From Patescibacteria group bacterium (GTDB lineage Bacteria; Patescibacteriota; Patescibacteriia; UBA9934), in contig JBAYHI010000001.1 in NCBI GenBank assembly GCA_041666205.1, positions 90,894 to 154,893 on the forward strand: a DNA stretch of 64,000 nt, given 5' to 3'. The translations under genes were made by a program, and so were the position numbers. The notes under the pieces are model-generated. The model was not told the origin of the DNA. It saw only the letters and a list, made by a program, of their open reading frames with translations, and ran no database searches. Positions 1 to 9,418 of the stretch are shown here, one piece after another. Numbering within the stretch: position 1 is the stretch's first letter; the number at the start of each line of letters is the position of its first letter.

Positions 1-180
1 GTAAACCAAGAAATCCCAATCGATTATAAGAACACGGATTTACTTAAGCGCTACGTTTCCTCGTTTGGAAAAATCGTTCCACGAAAACGAAGCGGACTCT
101 GCTCGCTCCATCAGCGCAAAATGAGCTTGGCCATCAAGCGCGCGCGCATCATGGCGCTCCTCCCATTCGTCCAAAAATAA
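1..180 (+). CDS. rpsR: 30S ribosomal protein S18, 3' part (5' end outside window)
   Basis: Own translation of frame 1: ...[53 protein letters not shown]; IDYK...AIKRAR..ALLP S18 signature. Confidence 0.95.
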   Translation, partial: VNQEIPIDYKNTDLLKRYVSSFGKIVPRKRSGLCSLHQRKMSLAIKRARIMALLPFVQK

Positions 181-220
181 GAAAGACGAGCAGATCCCGC
201 AAGGATCTGCTCTTTGATTT

Positions 221-1057
221 ATGCTTTCCAAAGAAGATATTTTGCTTCGTAAATCCCGATGGGACGAATTGCTCGCATGTGTGCGAGAGTTTTTCGTGGC
301 GCGCGGATTTGTAGAGTTCCAAACGCCAATTCTTGTTAAAACGCCTGGCATGGAGCCAAACCTCGATCCATTCGAAGTCAATTTGAAGACCATGAATCCG
401 GTGAAAGAACAGAAAGCCGGTCTTATCACGTCGCCGGAGTATTCTTTGAAAAAACTCGTTGGCGCAGGATTTCCAAAAGTCTTCTCAATCACGCCAGTTT
501 TTCGCAATGGGGAAGCACTTGGGCCTCACAATACGCCAGAATTCATGATGGTTGAGTGGTATGCGCCCGGATCCTACGAAGACATGATGAAAGAAACCGA
601 AGAACTCTTCCATTCCTATCTCGGAGATGCACAATGGCCTCGCATTCGTCACGCTGACGCCAATTTTGATGAGTTCGGAGCGCCTCATATAAAGGAGGAA
701 CAATTTTTCATCACGCATTTCCCTGCAAAAGAAGCGTCTTTGGCAAAATTGTCCGAGGATGGCCAAACCGCACAGCGTTTTGAGGCATATTCGCATGGAC
801 TTGAGCTCTGCAATGGCTATGCAGAACTCACCGATCCGGTGGAACAACGTAAACGATTCGAAGCTGAACAAAAAGAGCGTACGCGCCTTGGAAAAACGGT
901 TTTCCCAATCAATGAAGAGTTTTTGGAGGCCCTCGGAAACATCAAATCCCCAATTTATGGGAACTCGGTAGGACTTGACCGACTCCTTATGCTCAAGTAT
1001 CGTACCGGCGACATTAACGACACCCAAATCTTCCCAGCAGACTCTCGCTGGCAATAA
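221..1057 (+). CDS. epmA: EF-P lysine ligase (EpmA/GenX/PoxA), LysRS-catalytic-domain paralogue
   Basis: LITSPEYSLKKL, FRNGE...HNTPEFMMVEWY, RFE, ELCNGYAELTDPVEQRKRF, GLDRLLM motifs; no anticodon-binding domain; immediately upstream of efp. Confidence 0.88.
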   Translation: MLSKEDILLRKSRWDELLACVREFFVARGFVEFQTPILVKTPGMEPNLDPFEVNLKTMNPVKEQKAGLITSPEYSLKKLVGAGFPKVFSITPVFRNGEALGPHNTPEFMMVEWYAPGSYEDMMKETEELFHSYLGDAQWPRIRHADANFDEFGAPHIKEEQFFITHFPAKEASLAKLSEDGQTAQRFEAYSHGLELCNGYAELTDPVEQRKRFEAEQKERTRLGKTVFPINEEFLEALGNIKSPIYGNSVGLDRLLMLKYRTGDINDTQIFPADSRWQ

Positions 1058-1060
1058 AAT

Positions 1061-1627
1061 ATGGCATCACCAAACGACGTAAAAAAAGGAACCGTCATTA
1101 ATTACGAGAACGATCTTTGGGTCGTTGTCTCGTTTCAGCGCGTTTCGCCTGGAAAGGGAAGCTCGTTTGTGCGTACGCGCATGAAATCTTTGACCTCGGG
1201 GAAAGTTTCGGAAAATAACTTCAAATCATCCGATAGCCTCACATTTGAAGACGTGATGTACAAAAAGATGCAATACATCTTTAGCGATGATATTTCTCTC
1301 ACGTTCATGGATGGCGGAACCTACGAGCAGGTGGCGCTTGACCGCGATGTGGTAGGGGACGACGCGAAATTCCTCAAGGAAGGCTTGGAAGTGATCGTCA
1401 TTATGCACGATGAGAAAGCAGTTTCCATGGAATTGCCACTAAAAATTGAATATACGGTCACGGTAACGGAGCCTGCATCAAAAGGCGATACAGTGTCTGG
1501 AAACGTTCAAAAAGACGCTACCATGGACAACGGTCTCGTGGTTCGCGTGCCGATTTTCATAAATCAAGGCGACGTTATCAAGGTTAATACCGAAAACGGC
1601 CAGTACGTCGAGCGCGTAAAACAATAA
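1061..1627 (+). CDS. efp: Elongation factor P
   Basis: VSPGKGSSFVR loop, KGDT, VPIFINQGDVIKVNT..GQYVER C-terminus. Confidence 0.97.
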   Translation: MASPNDVKKGTVINYENDLWVVVSFQRVSPGKGSSFVRTRMKSLTSGKVSENNFKSSDSLTFEDVMYKKMQYIFSDDISLTFMDGGTYEQVALDRDVVGDDAKFLKEGLEVIVIMHDEKAVSMELPLKIEYTVTVTEPASKGDTVSGNVQKDATMDNGLVVRVPIFINQGDVIKVNTENGQYVERVKQ

Positions 1628-1634
1628 AGAAGAT

Positions 1635-1664
1635 AAAAAGTCCGGCCGGAAGGCTGGGCTTTTC
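1635..1664 (+). terminator. Intrinsic terminator after efp
   Basis: AAAAGTCCGGCC-GGAA-GGCTGGGCTTTT hairpin plus T-tract. Confidence 0.7.
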
Positions 1665-1702
1665 TATTTGACAACATCAGATTGTGATACAATGTGCTCA
1701 TT

Positions 1703-3895
1703 ATGGCACGAAAGCGCAAGTATCGCCGACGTGGGGCAGAGAAACCCCGAGAAATAGAGGTCTCTGACGGAGTAAAACAAAGCATCATTGCCGTACTTTT
1801 GGCGTTACTCGGGATTCTTATTTTGCTTTCGTATTTCAAATTGGCTGGAACATTTGGAACTTCGGTTGACGATGCGCTTGCACTCGTTTTTGGTTGGGAT
1901 CGATGGATTTTTGGTTTCGCACTTTTCTTTTTGGGTCTCCGGCTTATTTTGCCACTCGAAAAACAGATTTCCGTTTGGACGGGGATTGGCGTAGCACTTT
2001 TCTTTTTATCATTCAATGGGATCATTAATCTTTTTAAAGCTGCGAGTATTACGGAACCGAGCTTGCTCGCGCCAAACGGTGGGTTAATGGGTATTTTAAT
2101 TTCATCGGTATTGGTTCAATATGTTGGTATTTGGGGAGCGGGCGCAATTGCGCTTGGGCTTTTGATCATTTCTGGCATTTTGATTTCCCATGTTTCTTTG
2201 CAAACTGTATTTAGCTTCCCAAAGCATCTCACCTCCATGAATTCTGCCATGAAGCGCACAAATGGCGATGATGAAGATGAGGAAGAGGAGATTCCGCGGG
2301 TTTTTGTTGGAGATGTTGATGCGGATGCAGATTCGAAAGAAGATAAAAAGTCGTCTTATATCGAAAGCACGGAAGAAGAAATTGAAGAGGAGTCGGTCAT
2401 GACCTCGAAAAATCGTCGCAAAATGGAAATTCCATTTGATCTCCTGGACGATAAGAGCTCGGAAGGGAAGTCTGGCGATGTAGAGCGTGGGCAAGAGGTC
2501 ATTAAGAAGACGTTTTTGAATTTTGGCATTGATGTTGAGATGGTTGATGTCCGAACAGGTCCAGCGGTTACGCAATATTCGCTTCGCCCGGCACAGGGGA
2601 TTAAACTTTCCCGCATCTTGGGATTGCAAAATGATTTAGCACTCGCTCTTGCTGCGCATCCGATTCGTATTGAGGCGCCAATTCCTGGGAAATCACTCGT
2701 GGGAATTGAAGTGCCAAACCAATCGGTTGGAATGGTTTGTTTGCGCGAAATGCTTGAATCAAAAGAATTCAAACATCGCAAAAATGAATTTACGTCGCCT
2801 CTTGGCAAAGATGTTTCAGGCGTGGTTACCTCACTTGTTGTCGACAAGGCTCCTCATACGCTCGTTGCCGGTGCAACTGGATCTGGAAAATCAGTATGTC
2901 TCAATGTCATCATCCTTTCGCTTTTGTATCAAAACGGGCCTGATGATTTGAAACTCATCATGATTGACCCAAAGCGTGTGGAGCTCGGCGTCTACGCGGG
3001 AATCCCACATTTGCTCGTCCCACCAATTACGAAAGTTGACGAAGCCATCAATGCGCTCAAATGGGCGGTGCGCGAAATGGAACGACGTCTTGATCACCTC
3101 GCGAAGTTCGGTGCCCGCGATATCGACGCCTACAATAAGAAGAGCGAGGAGCGCATGCCAAAGATTTTCATTATTATCGACGAACTTGCGGATCTCATGA
3201 GTCAAAATAAGCGCGATGTCGAAGCAGTGATTGTGCGCATCGCTCAAATGGCACGCGCGGCAGGCATTCACTTAGTGCTTGCCACCCAGCGACCGTCGGT
3301 GGACGTTATCACCGGTCTTATCAAAGCAAATATTCCTACGCGTCTCGCATTTGCCGTTGCCTCACAAGTCGATTCTAAAACGATTTTGGATATTTCTGGT
3401 GCTGAAAAATTGCTCGGGCGGGGCGACATGCTTCTTTCAACGCCGGAACTTTCAAAACCAAAGCGTTTGCAGGGCGCATATGTTTCGGATGAAGAGATCG
3501 AGCGTGTGATTAAATTCTTGAAAGCCGAAGGCGAGCCAGATTATAATTATCAAGTCACGGAAGATGTGCGAACCGGGGGAAGTGTGTTTTCGTCGGAAGA
3601 TTCTGACCCGTTGCTCGACGAAGCAATTCAAATTGTTTTGGAGTCTGGCAAGGCCTCTACGTCATTTTTGCAACGTCGCATGCGAATTGGATATTCGCGC
3701 GCTGCTCGCATCATTGATCTGATGGAGCAAGCGGGTGTGGTAGGGGAAGGGCAGGGCGCAAAACCACGTGAACTCTTGGTTGATCATTGGCCACCAGAAG
3801 GAAACCACCACGAAGCAGATGTGGATTTGCCATCTGACGTCATCGAAGAGGACGAAAACTGGGAAGAAAATGAAGAGGATGAGCAAAACGCCTAA
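1703..3895 (+). CDS. ftsK: DNA translocase FtsK/SpoIIIE
   Basis: N-terminal TM helices, AGATGSGKS Walker A, IDPKRVEL, IIDELADLM, ATQRPSVDVITG, gamma domain LQRRMRIGYSRAARIID; ATG 1703 chosen behind TGnTACAAT. Confidence 0.97.
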   Translation: MARKRKYRRRGAEKPREIEVSDGVKQSIIAVLLALLGILILLSYFKLAGTFGTSVDDALALVFGWDRWIFGFALFFLGLRLILPLEKQISVWTGIGVALFFLSFNGIINLFKAASITEPSLLAPNGGLMGILISSVLVQYVGIWGAGAIALGLLIISGILISHVSLQTVFSFPKHLTSMNSAMKRTNGDDEDEEEEIPRVFVGDVDADADSKEDKKSSYIESTEEEIEEESVMTSKNRRKMEIPFDLLDDKSSEGKSGDVERGQEVIKKTFLNFGIDVEMVDVRTGPAVTQYSLRPAQGIKLSRILGLQNDLALALAAHPIRIEAPIPGKSLVGIEVPNQSVGMVCLREMLESKEFKHRKNEFTSPLGKDVSGVVTSLVVDKAPHTLVAGATGSGKSVCLNVIILSLLYQNGPDDLKLIMIDPKRVELGVYAGIPHLLVPPITKVDEAINALKWAVREMERRLDHLAKFGARDIDAYNKKSEERMPKIFIIIDELADLMSQNKRDVEAVIVRIAQMARAAGIHLVLATQRPSVDVITGLIKANIPTRLAFAVASQVDSKTILDISGAEKLLGRGDMLLSTPELSKPKRLQGAYVSDEEIERVIKFLKAEGEPDYNYQVTEDVRTGGSVFSSEDSDPLLDEAIQIVLESGKASTSFLQRRMRIGYSRAARIIDLMEQAGVVGEGQGAKPRELLVDHWPPEGNHHEADVDLPSDVIEEDENWEENEEDEQNA

Positions 3896-3900
3896 ACGGT

Positions 3901-4602
3901 ATGGGATTTGTCATGCGAAAACTGCAATGCCGTGAAGAACGCCTGGGCGATAAGCTCCGGGCGCTTCGTCGTGGCAAGGCAGTGACGCTTGAAATGCTCG
4001 AAACCATGACGCATGTGCAAAAGCGCTATTTGTATGCGCTCGAGCATGGCGCCTACGAAGCGCTTCCAGAGCCACTCTATACGCGCAACTTCATTCGATC
4101 CTATGCCCAAGCACTCCACGCCGACGAAGCGTATTTTCTAGAATTATTTGATGAAGAGAATGGCGTTTGCGATTGCGTTTCGCATTTACGCACGCCACTC
4201 CAGCGATTACACCTTATTAAACTCTACGTTTGGAATCGATTTGTAAAATTTGGCATGCTCGCCTTCGTTGCATTGGGGCTTGTAAGCTATTTGGGCTGGC
4301 AGGTGCAATCCATTATTGCGCCACCCGACATCATTCTCCTCTCGCCACTCAATGATTCCATGACGTCTTCTGCGGTTGTGACGGTTGAAGGATATGTTGA
4401 AAAAGAAACCACGGTTTACGTAAACGGCGCTCAGGTGCCGGTCGCAAGCGATCAAACATTTCAAACCGACATTGATTTATCAAAAGGGTTAAACGTCATT
4501 TCGATCGAAGCAGAACGTCGATATTCAAAGAAAGCGAGTATTTCGCGCAATGTTGTTTTTTATCCGGAAAACATTCCACAAGTATCCTTTATTTCTAACT
4601 AA
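3901..4602 (+). CDS. RodZ-like helix-turn-helix membrane protein with C-terminal Ig-like domain
   Basis: LGDKLRALR...YLYALEHGAYEALP...RNFIRSYAQAL HTH, one TM, beta-rich tail; ftsK-rodZ-recA synteny. Confidence 0.75.
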   Translation: MGFVMRKLQCREERLGDKLRALRRGKAVTLEMLETMTHVQKRYLYALEHGAYEALPEPLYTRNFIRSYAQALHADEAYFLELFDEENGVCDCVSHLRTPLQRLHLIKLYVWNRFVKFGMLAFVALGLVSYLGWQVQSIIAPPDIILLSPLNDSMTSSAVVTVEGYVEKETTVYVNGAQVPVASDQTFQTDIDLSKGLNVISIEAERRYSKKASISRNVVFYPENIPQVSFISN

Positions 4603-4659
4603 GAGTGGGGTAGCGTGAATGATAGGGAGGACGATAGACGTCCTCTTTTAAAAATCACT

Positions 4660-5679
4660 ATGACAGAAAAAAATGTTCGCGATGCACGACTCACTGCTGC
4701 TAATGCCGCAATCGAGCAAATCAAACAACGATTTGGTGAAGGCTCTATTATGCGCCTTGGGGAAGCGAAGGCGTTGAAAATTGATGTGATCCCAACCGGA
4801 TGTCTCTCGCTCGATTTAGCGCTTGGTGTTGGCGGTGTGCCGCGAGGGCGTATTATTGAAATTTATGGGCCGGAATCATCAGGAAAAACCACACTTGCTC
4901 AACATGTGGTTGCGGAATTGCAAAAAATCGGTGGCGTTGCCGCGTTTGTGGACGCGGAACATGCACTCGATCCGGAATATGCCAAAAAAATTGGTGTGAA
5001 TATCGATGAGCTCTATATTTCCCAGCCAGATACCGGTGAGCAAGCACTAGAAATTGTGGAAACGCTTGTAAGATCAAACGCCGTGGATGTGATTGTGATC
5101 GATTCCGTGGCAGCGCTCACGCCAAAAGCCGAAATCGAAGGCGAAATGGGGGATTCGCATATGGGTCTTCAGGCTCGACTTATGAGCCAGGCCCTTCGAA
5201 AGCTTGCAGGCATCATTTCCAAGAGCAATACAACGGTTATTTTTATCAATCAGATCCGCATGAAAATTGGCGTGATGTTTGGAAACCCGGAAACAACGCC
5301 TGGCGGAAATGCTCTGAAATTCTACGCGTCCGTTCGCATTGAAGTCCGTCGCGCTGCGCAAATCAAACAAGGCGAGCGCATTATTGGAAACCGAGTCAAG
5401 GCAAAAATCGTAAAAAATAAGGTAGCGCCTCCATTTCAGGCCTGTGAATTCGATATTATGTACAATGAGGGTATTTCCGTAACAGGCGATCTCATTGATT
5501 TGGGTACGCAATTTGGCAGCATTGAGAAGAAAGGGAATAGTTATGCGTTCGAAGGCGAGCGATTCGGCGTGGGGCGAGAAGCGGCGCGCAAGTATATGAC
5601 CGATAATCCCGAGTTTTTGGAGCGAGTGCGAACGGCGACCAAACTCGCCATTGATGCTTCAGCTGAAACACGAAAATAG
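4660..5679 (+). CDS. recA: Recombinase RecA
   Basis: [42 protein letters not shown]. Confidence 0.99.
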   Translation: MTEKNVRDARLTAANAAIEQIKQRFGEGSIMRLGEAKALKIDVIPTGCLSLDLALGVGGVPRGRIIEIYGPESSGKTTLAQHVVAELQKIGGVAAFVDAEHALDPEYAKKIGVNIDELYISQPDTGEQALEIVETLVRSNAVDVIVIDSVAALTPKAEIEGEMGDSHMGLQARLMSQALRKLAGIISKSNTTVIFINQIRMKIGVMFGNPETTPGGNALKFYASVRIEVRRAAQIKQGERIIGNRVKAKIVKNKVAPPFQACEFDIMYNEGISVTGDLIDLGTQFGSIEKKGNSYAFEGERFGVGREAARKYMTDNPEFLERVRTATKLAIDASAETRK

Positions 5680-5693
5680 TGCACAAATCTGTA

Positions 5694-5722
5694 TTGACAG
5701 CAGACCTCACACGTTTTATTCT
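5694..5722 (+). promoter_or_regulatory. Sigma70-type promoter
   Basis: TTGACA-N17-TATTCT. Confidence 0.75.
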
Positions 5723-5728
5723 AAAGAC

Positions 5729-5903
5729 CTGCTTCCGAGTGATTCTTCTCAGGAACTGCGGGATGCGGGTCGATCGTTTTTAGACCATTGCCCGGACTCC
5801 CTGCCACGTGGTAGGGCCCCTCTCTCAAATTGTCCGAAGTATTGGTCTCAACCGTTAGGATCGCCTCCTCGTCCTGCAGTTTCTGAGAGAAATAATGGGA
5901 AGC
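5729..5903 (+). ncRNA. Candidate 6S-like long-hairpin RNA
   Basis: About 175 nt rod starting at the predicted +1; 19-bp continuous stem TCTCAGGAACTGCGGGATG/CGTCCTGCAGTTTCTGAGA, internal bubble, inner stems AGACCA/TGGTCT and CGGAC/GTCCG. Confidence 0.6.
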
Positions 5904-5933
5904 TTGACGATTTTTGGTTTTGTCTGCTATACT
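5904..5933 (+). promoter_or_regulatory. Probable rpoBC promoter
   Basis: TTGACG-N18-TATACT with TG extension. Confidence 0.65.
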
Positions 5934-6167
5934 CGGGTCGCTTAGGTGACAGAACCAAACTTCGGACGAGAACAAGGGGAAGGGGAACTGTCAACATGCA
6001 AAAATTTTTTACAAATATTAGCCTCGTTTTCGGTGTGATTCCCCAACACCTCGTCGAGCGCGCATGTTTTGGAGGTAAGGCCATGCGACGTTCGGTACGA
6101 AAGAATACAGGAAAATTTTGAAGCTCGAATAACCTTCGAGTAGTTTTTTGTATATAAAAAAGTCTCT

Positions 6168-9100
6168 ATGATGAAAACCGCAGTGCAACAAGAGCGAAAG
6201 TACTTCACCCCGATCCGAGACGCCATGGATTTGCCAGATCTCATTGAAGTGCAGAAGGCATCATACGATTGGTTCCTCAAGGAAGGAATCCGAGATCTTT
6301 TTGACGAAGTATCTCCAATCAAAGATTTTATTGGTCGTGATTTGGAACTCTCATTTGAAGAGTTTTACGTCGATGAGCCAAAATTTGATGAAACAACCTC
6401 GAAGGCAAAAAATATTACCTTTGAAGCGCCACTTCGCGTAAAGGCAAGCCTCAAGAATGCACGCACAGGGGAAAAGAAGGAACAAGAAATTTTCTTGGGC
6501 GATATCCCGATCATGACGCCACGCGGCACATTCATTATTAACGGAATTGAGCGCGTGATTGTTTCACAGCTCGTGCGTTCGGCTGGAGCGTTTTTTACGG
6601 CAGAAGTCGTCCGCGGTCGCCGATATTATGGCGCAAAAATCATTCCAAACCGCGGAGCATGGCTTGAATTTGAAACCGATGTAAAAAATGTCATTTGGGT
6701 AAAAATTGATCGCAAACGCAAAGTGGCAATCACTGCGCTCATGCGTGCATTTGGGTATGGTACGGATGAAGAAATCCTTTCCTTCTTCAAAGATATTGAT
6801 ACCCATCCACTCAATAAATACATTGAAAGCACACTTGCAAAAGATGCTTCCAAAAATGAAGAGGAAGGCTTGAAAGAAGTTTATAAGCGTATTCGCCCAG
6901 GAGATTTGGCAACAGCCGATAATGCGCGCCAACTCATTCACTCCATGTTCTTCAACTTCGATCGCTACGATTTAGGGCCTGTTGGTCGCTATAAATTCAA
7001 TTTGCGTTTTGGCGTTGATAACCCCGAGGTTGGCGTTCGCGACGAAGCAAACCGTATTTTAGGAAAAGAAGATTTGGTAAAAATTGTCCGCGAAATCATT
7101 GAGCTCAATAATCGCCAAGGAGAACCAGACGATGTTGACCACCTTGGAAACCGACGTATTCGTGCGGTGGGTGAGCTCATTCAATCACGTTTCCGCATTG
7201 GGCTTGCTCGTATGGAGCGCATTGTGCGCGATCGTATGTCCACCCACGATGTGGAGAGCCTCACCCCAGGCAAACTCATCAATGCACGCCCGGTGATTGG
7301 TTCTTGCCGAGAGTTTTTCATGTCCTCACAGCTCTCACAGTTCATGGATCAAACCAATCCACTCTCAGAACTTGAGCACAAACGTCGTTTGTCCGCGATG
7401 GGTCAAGGGGGACTTTCTCGTGAACGCGCTGGATTTGAAGTCCGCGACGTACACACCACCCACTACGGCCGCATCTGCCCAGTCCAAACCCCAGAAGGAC
7501 CAAACATCGGTCTTGTGGGGCACTTGGCAAGCTATGCACGCATCAATAAATACGGTTTTATTGAAACGCCATATCGAAAAGTGATTGTTGAAAATGGTCG
7601 TGCAAAGGTCACAAATGACATTGAATACGTAAACGCTTTTAAAGAAGAGAAATCCGTTACTGCTCCAGCCTCTATTCCACTCGATAAAGACGGGTTTATT
7701 ATCGCGCCCATGGTTGAGGCACGTAAATTCGGGGAAGCAAAAACCGTTCCAGCAACCGAAGTCACGCTCATGGACGTATCAACCACGCAAATCGTATCCA
7801 TTGCCACGGCTTGTATTCCATTCTTGGAACACGACGACGCTACGCGTGCACTCATGGGTTCAAACATGCAACGTCAGGCCGTTCCTACCATTCGTCCACG
7901 CGCACCAATTATTGGAACAGGCATGGAGCGACGCGCAGCGCTTGATTCTGGCCACGTGCTTTTAGCAGAAGACGAAGGGGAAATCACCGTGGTAAATGGC
8001 GGCATGATTAAGGTCTTGTATAAAAAACTCGGGGAAGTCACGTATCGCCTCAATAAATTCGCTCGCTCAAACGCAAGTTCCTGCTTGAACCAGCGACCGG
8101 TTATTGTACCTGGCATCAAAGTGAAAAAAGGAGATGTGCTCGCAGATGGTCCATCGGTTGACCATGGTGAACTCGCTCTTGGGCAAAATATGCTCGTCGC
8201 CTTCATGAGCTGGGACGGCTATAACTACGACGACGCGGTTATCGTAAACGAGCGCGTGGTCGAAGACGATCGTTTTACAACCATCCACCTTGAAAATCAC
8301 ACCATTGACGTTCGCGACACAAAACTTGGGCCAGAAGTTGTAACGTCAGATATTCCAAACGTTTCTGAAGAAAAACTCAAAAATCTCGACACAGAAGGCA
8401 TTATCCGAATCGGGGCAGAAGTAAAATCTGGTGACATTTTGGTTGGAAAAATCACTCCAAAGGGTGAAACCGAACTTTCCGCTGAAGAAAAGCTTCTTCG
8501 CGCAATCTTCGGAGAAAAATCACGCGATGTGCGCGACTCTTCCATGTACATGCAACATGGCAATAAAGGTAAAGTCGTCGATATCAAGATTTTTTCTCGA
8601 GAGGATGGTGATAATTTGCCACCAGGCGTTATTAAGTCGATTCAAATTACAATCGCGGACCTTCGAAAACTCCAGGTTGGCGATAAGGTTGCGGGACGTC
8701 ACGGAAACAAGGGTGTTGTTTCAAAAGTTGTTCCAATCGAAGACATGCCTTATATGGAAGACGGGCGCGCCGTGGATGTCATTTTGACTCCACTTGGCGT
8801 TGTTTCTCGTATGAACATCGGTCAGATTTTGGAAGTTCACTTGGGTCTTGCTGCATATAAGCTGGGTTACAAAGTTGCAACACCGGTATTTGCGGGTGTG
8901 CAGGAGCCGGATATTCACAAAGAACTTGAAAAAGCTGGGTACCCAACAGGCGGTCAGATTACTTTGCACGACGGTCGTACAGGGGAAGCGTTCATGCACA
9001 AGATTACGGTTGGGATCATGTATATGCTGAAACTCAACCACATGGTTGAAGACAAGATGCACCAGCGCTCCATTGGTCCATATTCCTTGATTACGCAGCA

Positions 9101-9407
9101 ACCTCTTGGCGGAAAAGCGCAATTTGGTGGTCAGCGATTCGGTGAAATGGAAGTCTGGGCACTTGAAGCCTATGGCGCTGCGCACATGCTCCAAGAAATT
9201 CTCACGATTAAGTCCGACGACGTTCCTGGGCGTTCAAAAGCATACGAAGCCATTATTAAAGGAGAAACAATTCGTAAGGTGAACATCCCAGAATCCTTTA
9301 ACGTGCTTATTCGTGAGCTCAAAGGTCTTTGTATGGATGTGGAACTCTTGAAGGACAGCCACAAAGTTGAAATTGATTCAAGCAAAATCACGGCCTCAAA
9401 TCGCTAA
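6168..9407 (+). CDS. rpoB: RNA polymerase beta subunit
   Basis: [57 protein letters not shown]. Confidence 0.99.
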   Translation: MMKTAVQQERKYFTPIRDAMDLPDLIEVQKASYDWFLKEGIRDLFDEVSPIKDFIGRDLELSFEEFYVDEPKFDETTSKAKNITFEAPLRVKASLKNARTGEKKEQEIFLGDIPIMTPRGTFIINGIERVIVSQLVRSAGAFFTAEVVRGRRYYGAKIIPNRGAWLEFETDVKNVIWVKIDRKRKVAITALMRAFGYGTDEEILSFFKDIDTHPLNKYIESTLAKDASKNEEEGLKEVYKRIRPGDLATADNARQLIHSMFFNFDRYDLGPVGRYKFNLRFGVDNPEVGVRDEANRILGKEDLVKIVREIIELNNRQGEPDDVDHLGNRRIRAVGELIQSRFRIGLARMERIVRDRMSTHDVESLTPGKLINARPVIGSCREFFMSSQLSQFMDQTNPLSELEHKRRLSAMGQGGLSRERAGFEVRDVHTTHYGRICPVQTPEGPNIGLVGHLASYARINKYGFIETPYRKVIVENGRAKVTNDIEYVNAFKEEKSVTAPASIPLDKDGFIIAPMVEARKFGEAKTVPATEVTLMDVSTTQIVSIATACIPFLEHDDATRALMGSNMQRQAVPTIRPRAPIIGTGMERRAALDSGHVLLAEDEGEITVVNGGMIKVLYKKLGEVTYRLNKFARSNASSCLNQRPVIVPGIKVKKGDVLADGPSVDHGELALGQNMLVAFMSWDGYNYDDAVIVNERVVEDDRFTTIHLENHTIDVRDTKLGPEVVTSDIPNVSEEKLKNLDTEGIIRIGAEVKSGDILVGKITPKGETELSAEEKLLRAIFGEKSRDVRDSSMYMQHGNKGKVVDIKIFSREDGDNLPPGVIKSIQITIADLRKLQVGDKVAGRHGNKGVVSKVVPIEDMPYMEDGRAVDVILTPLGVVSRMNIGQILEVHLGLAAYKLGYKVATPVFAGVQEPDIHKELEKAGYPTGGQITLHDGRTGEAFMHKITVGIMYMLKLNHMVEDKMHQRSIGPYSLITQQPLGGKAQFGGQRFGEMEVWALEAYGAAHMLQEILTIKSDDVPGRSKAYEAIIKGETIRKVNIPESFNVLIRELKGLCMDVELLKDSHKVEIDSSKITASNR

Positions 9408-9418
9408 ACGAAATACGT

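Noticed and set aside
7320-7410. Resistance substitutions in the RpoB rifampicin region (and the GyrA QRDR)
   Set aside because: Key residues (Q, D, H, S in RpoB; HGDS...E in GyrA) look wild-type
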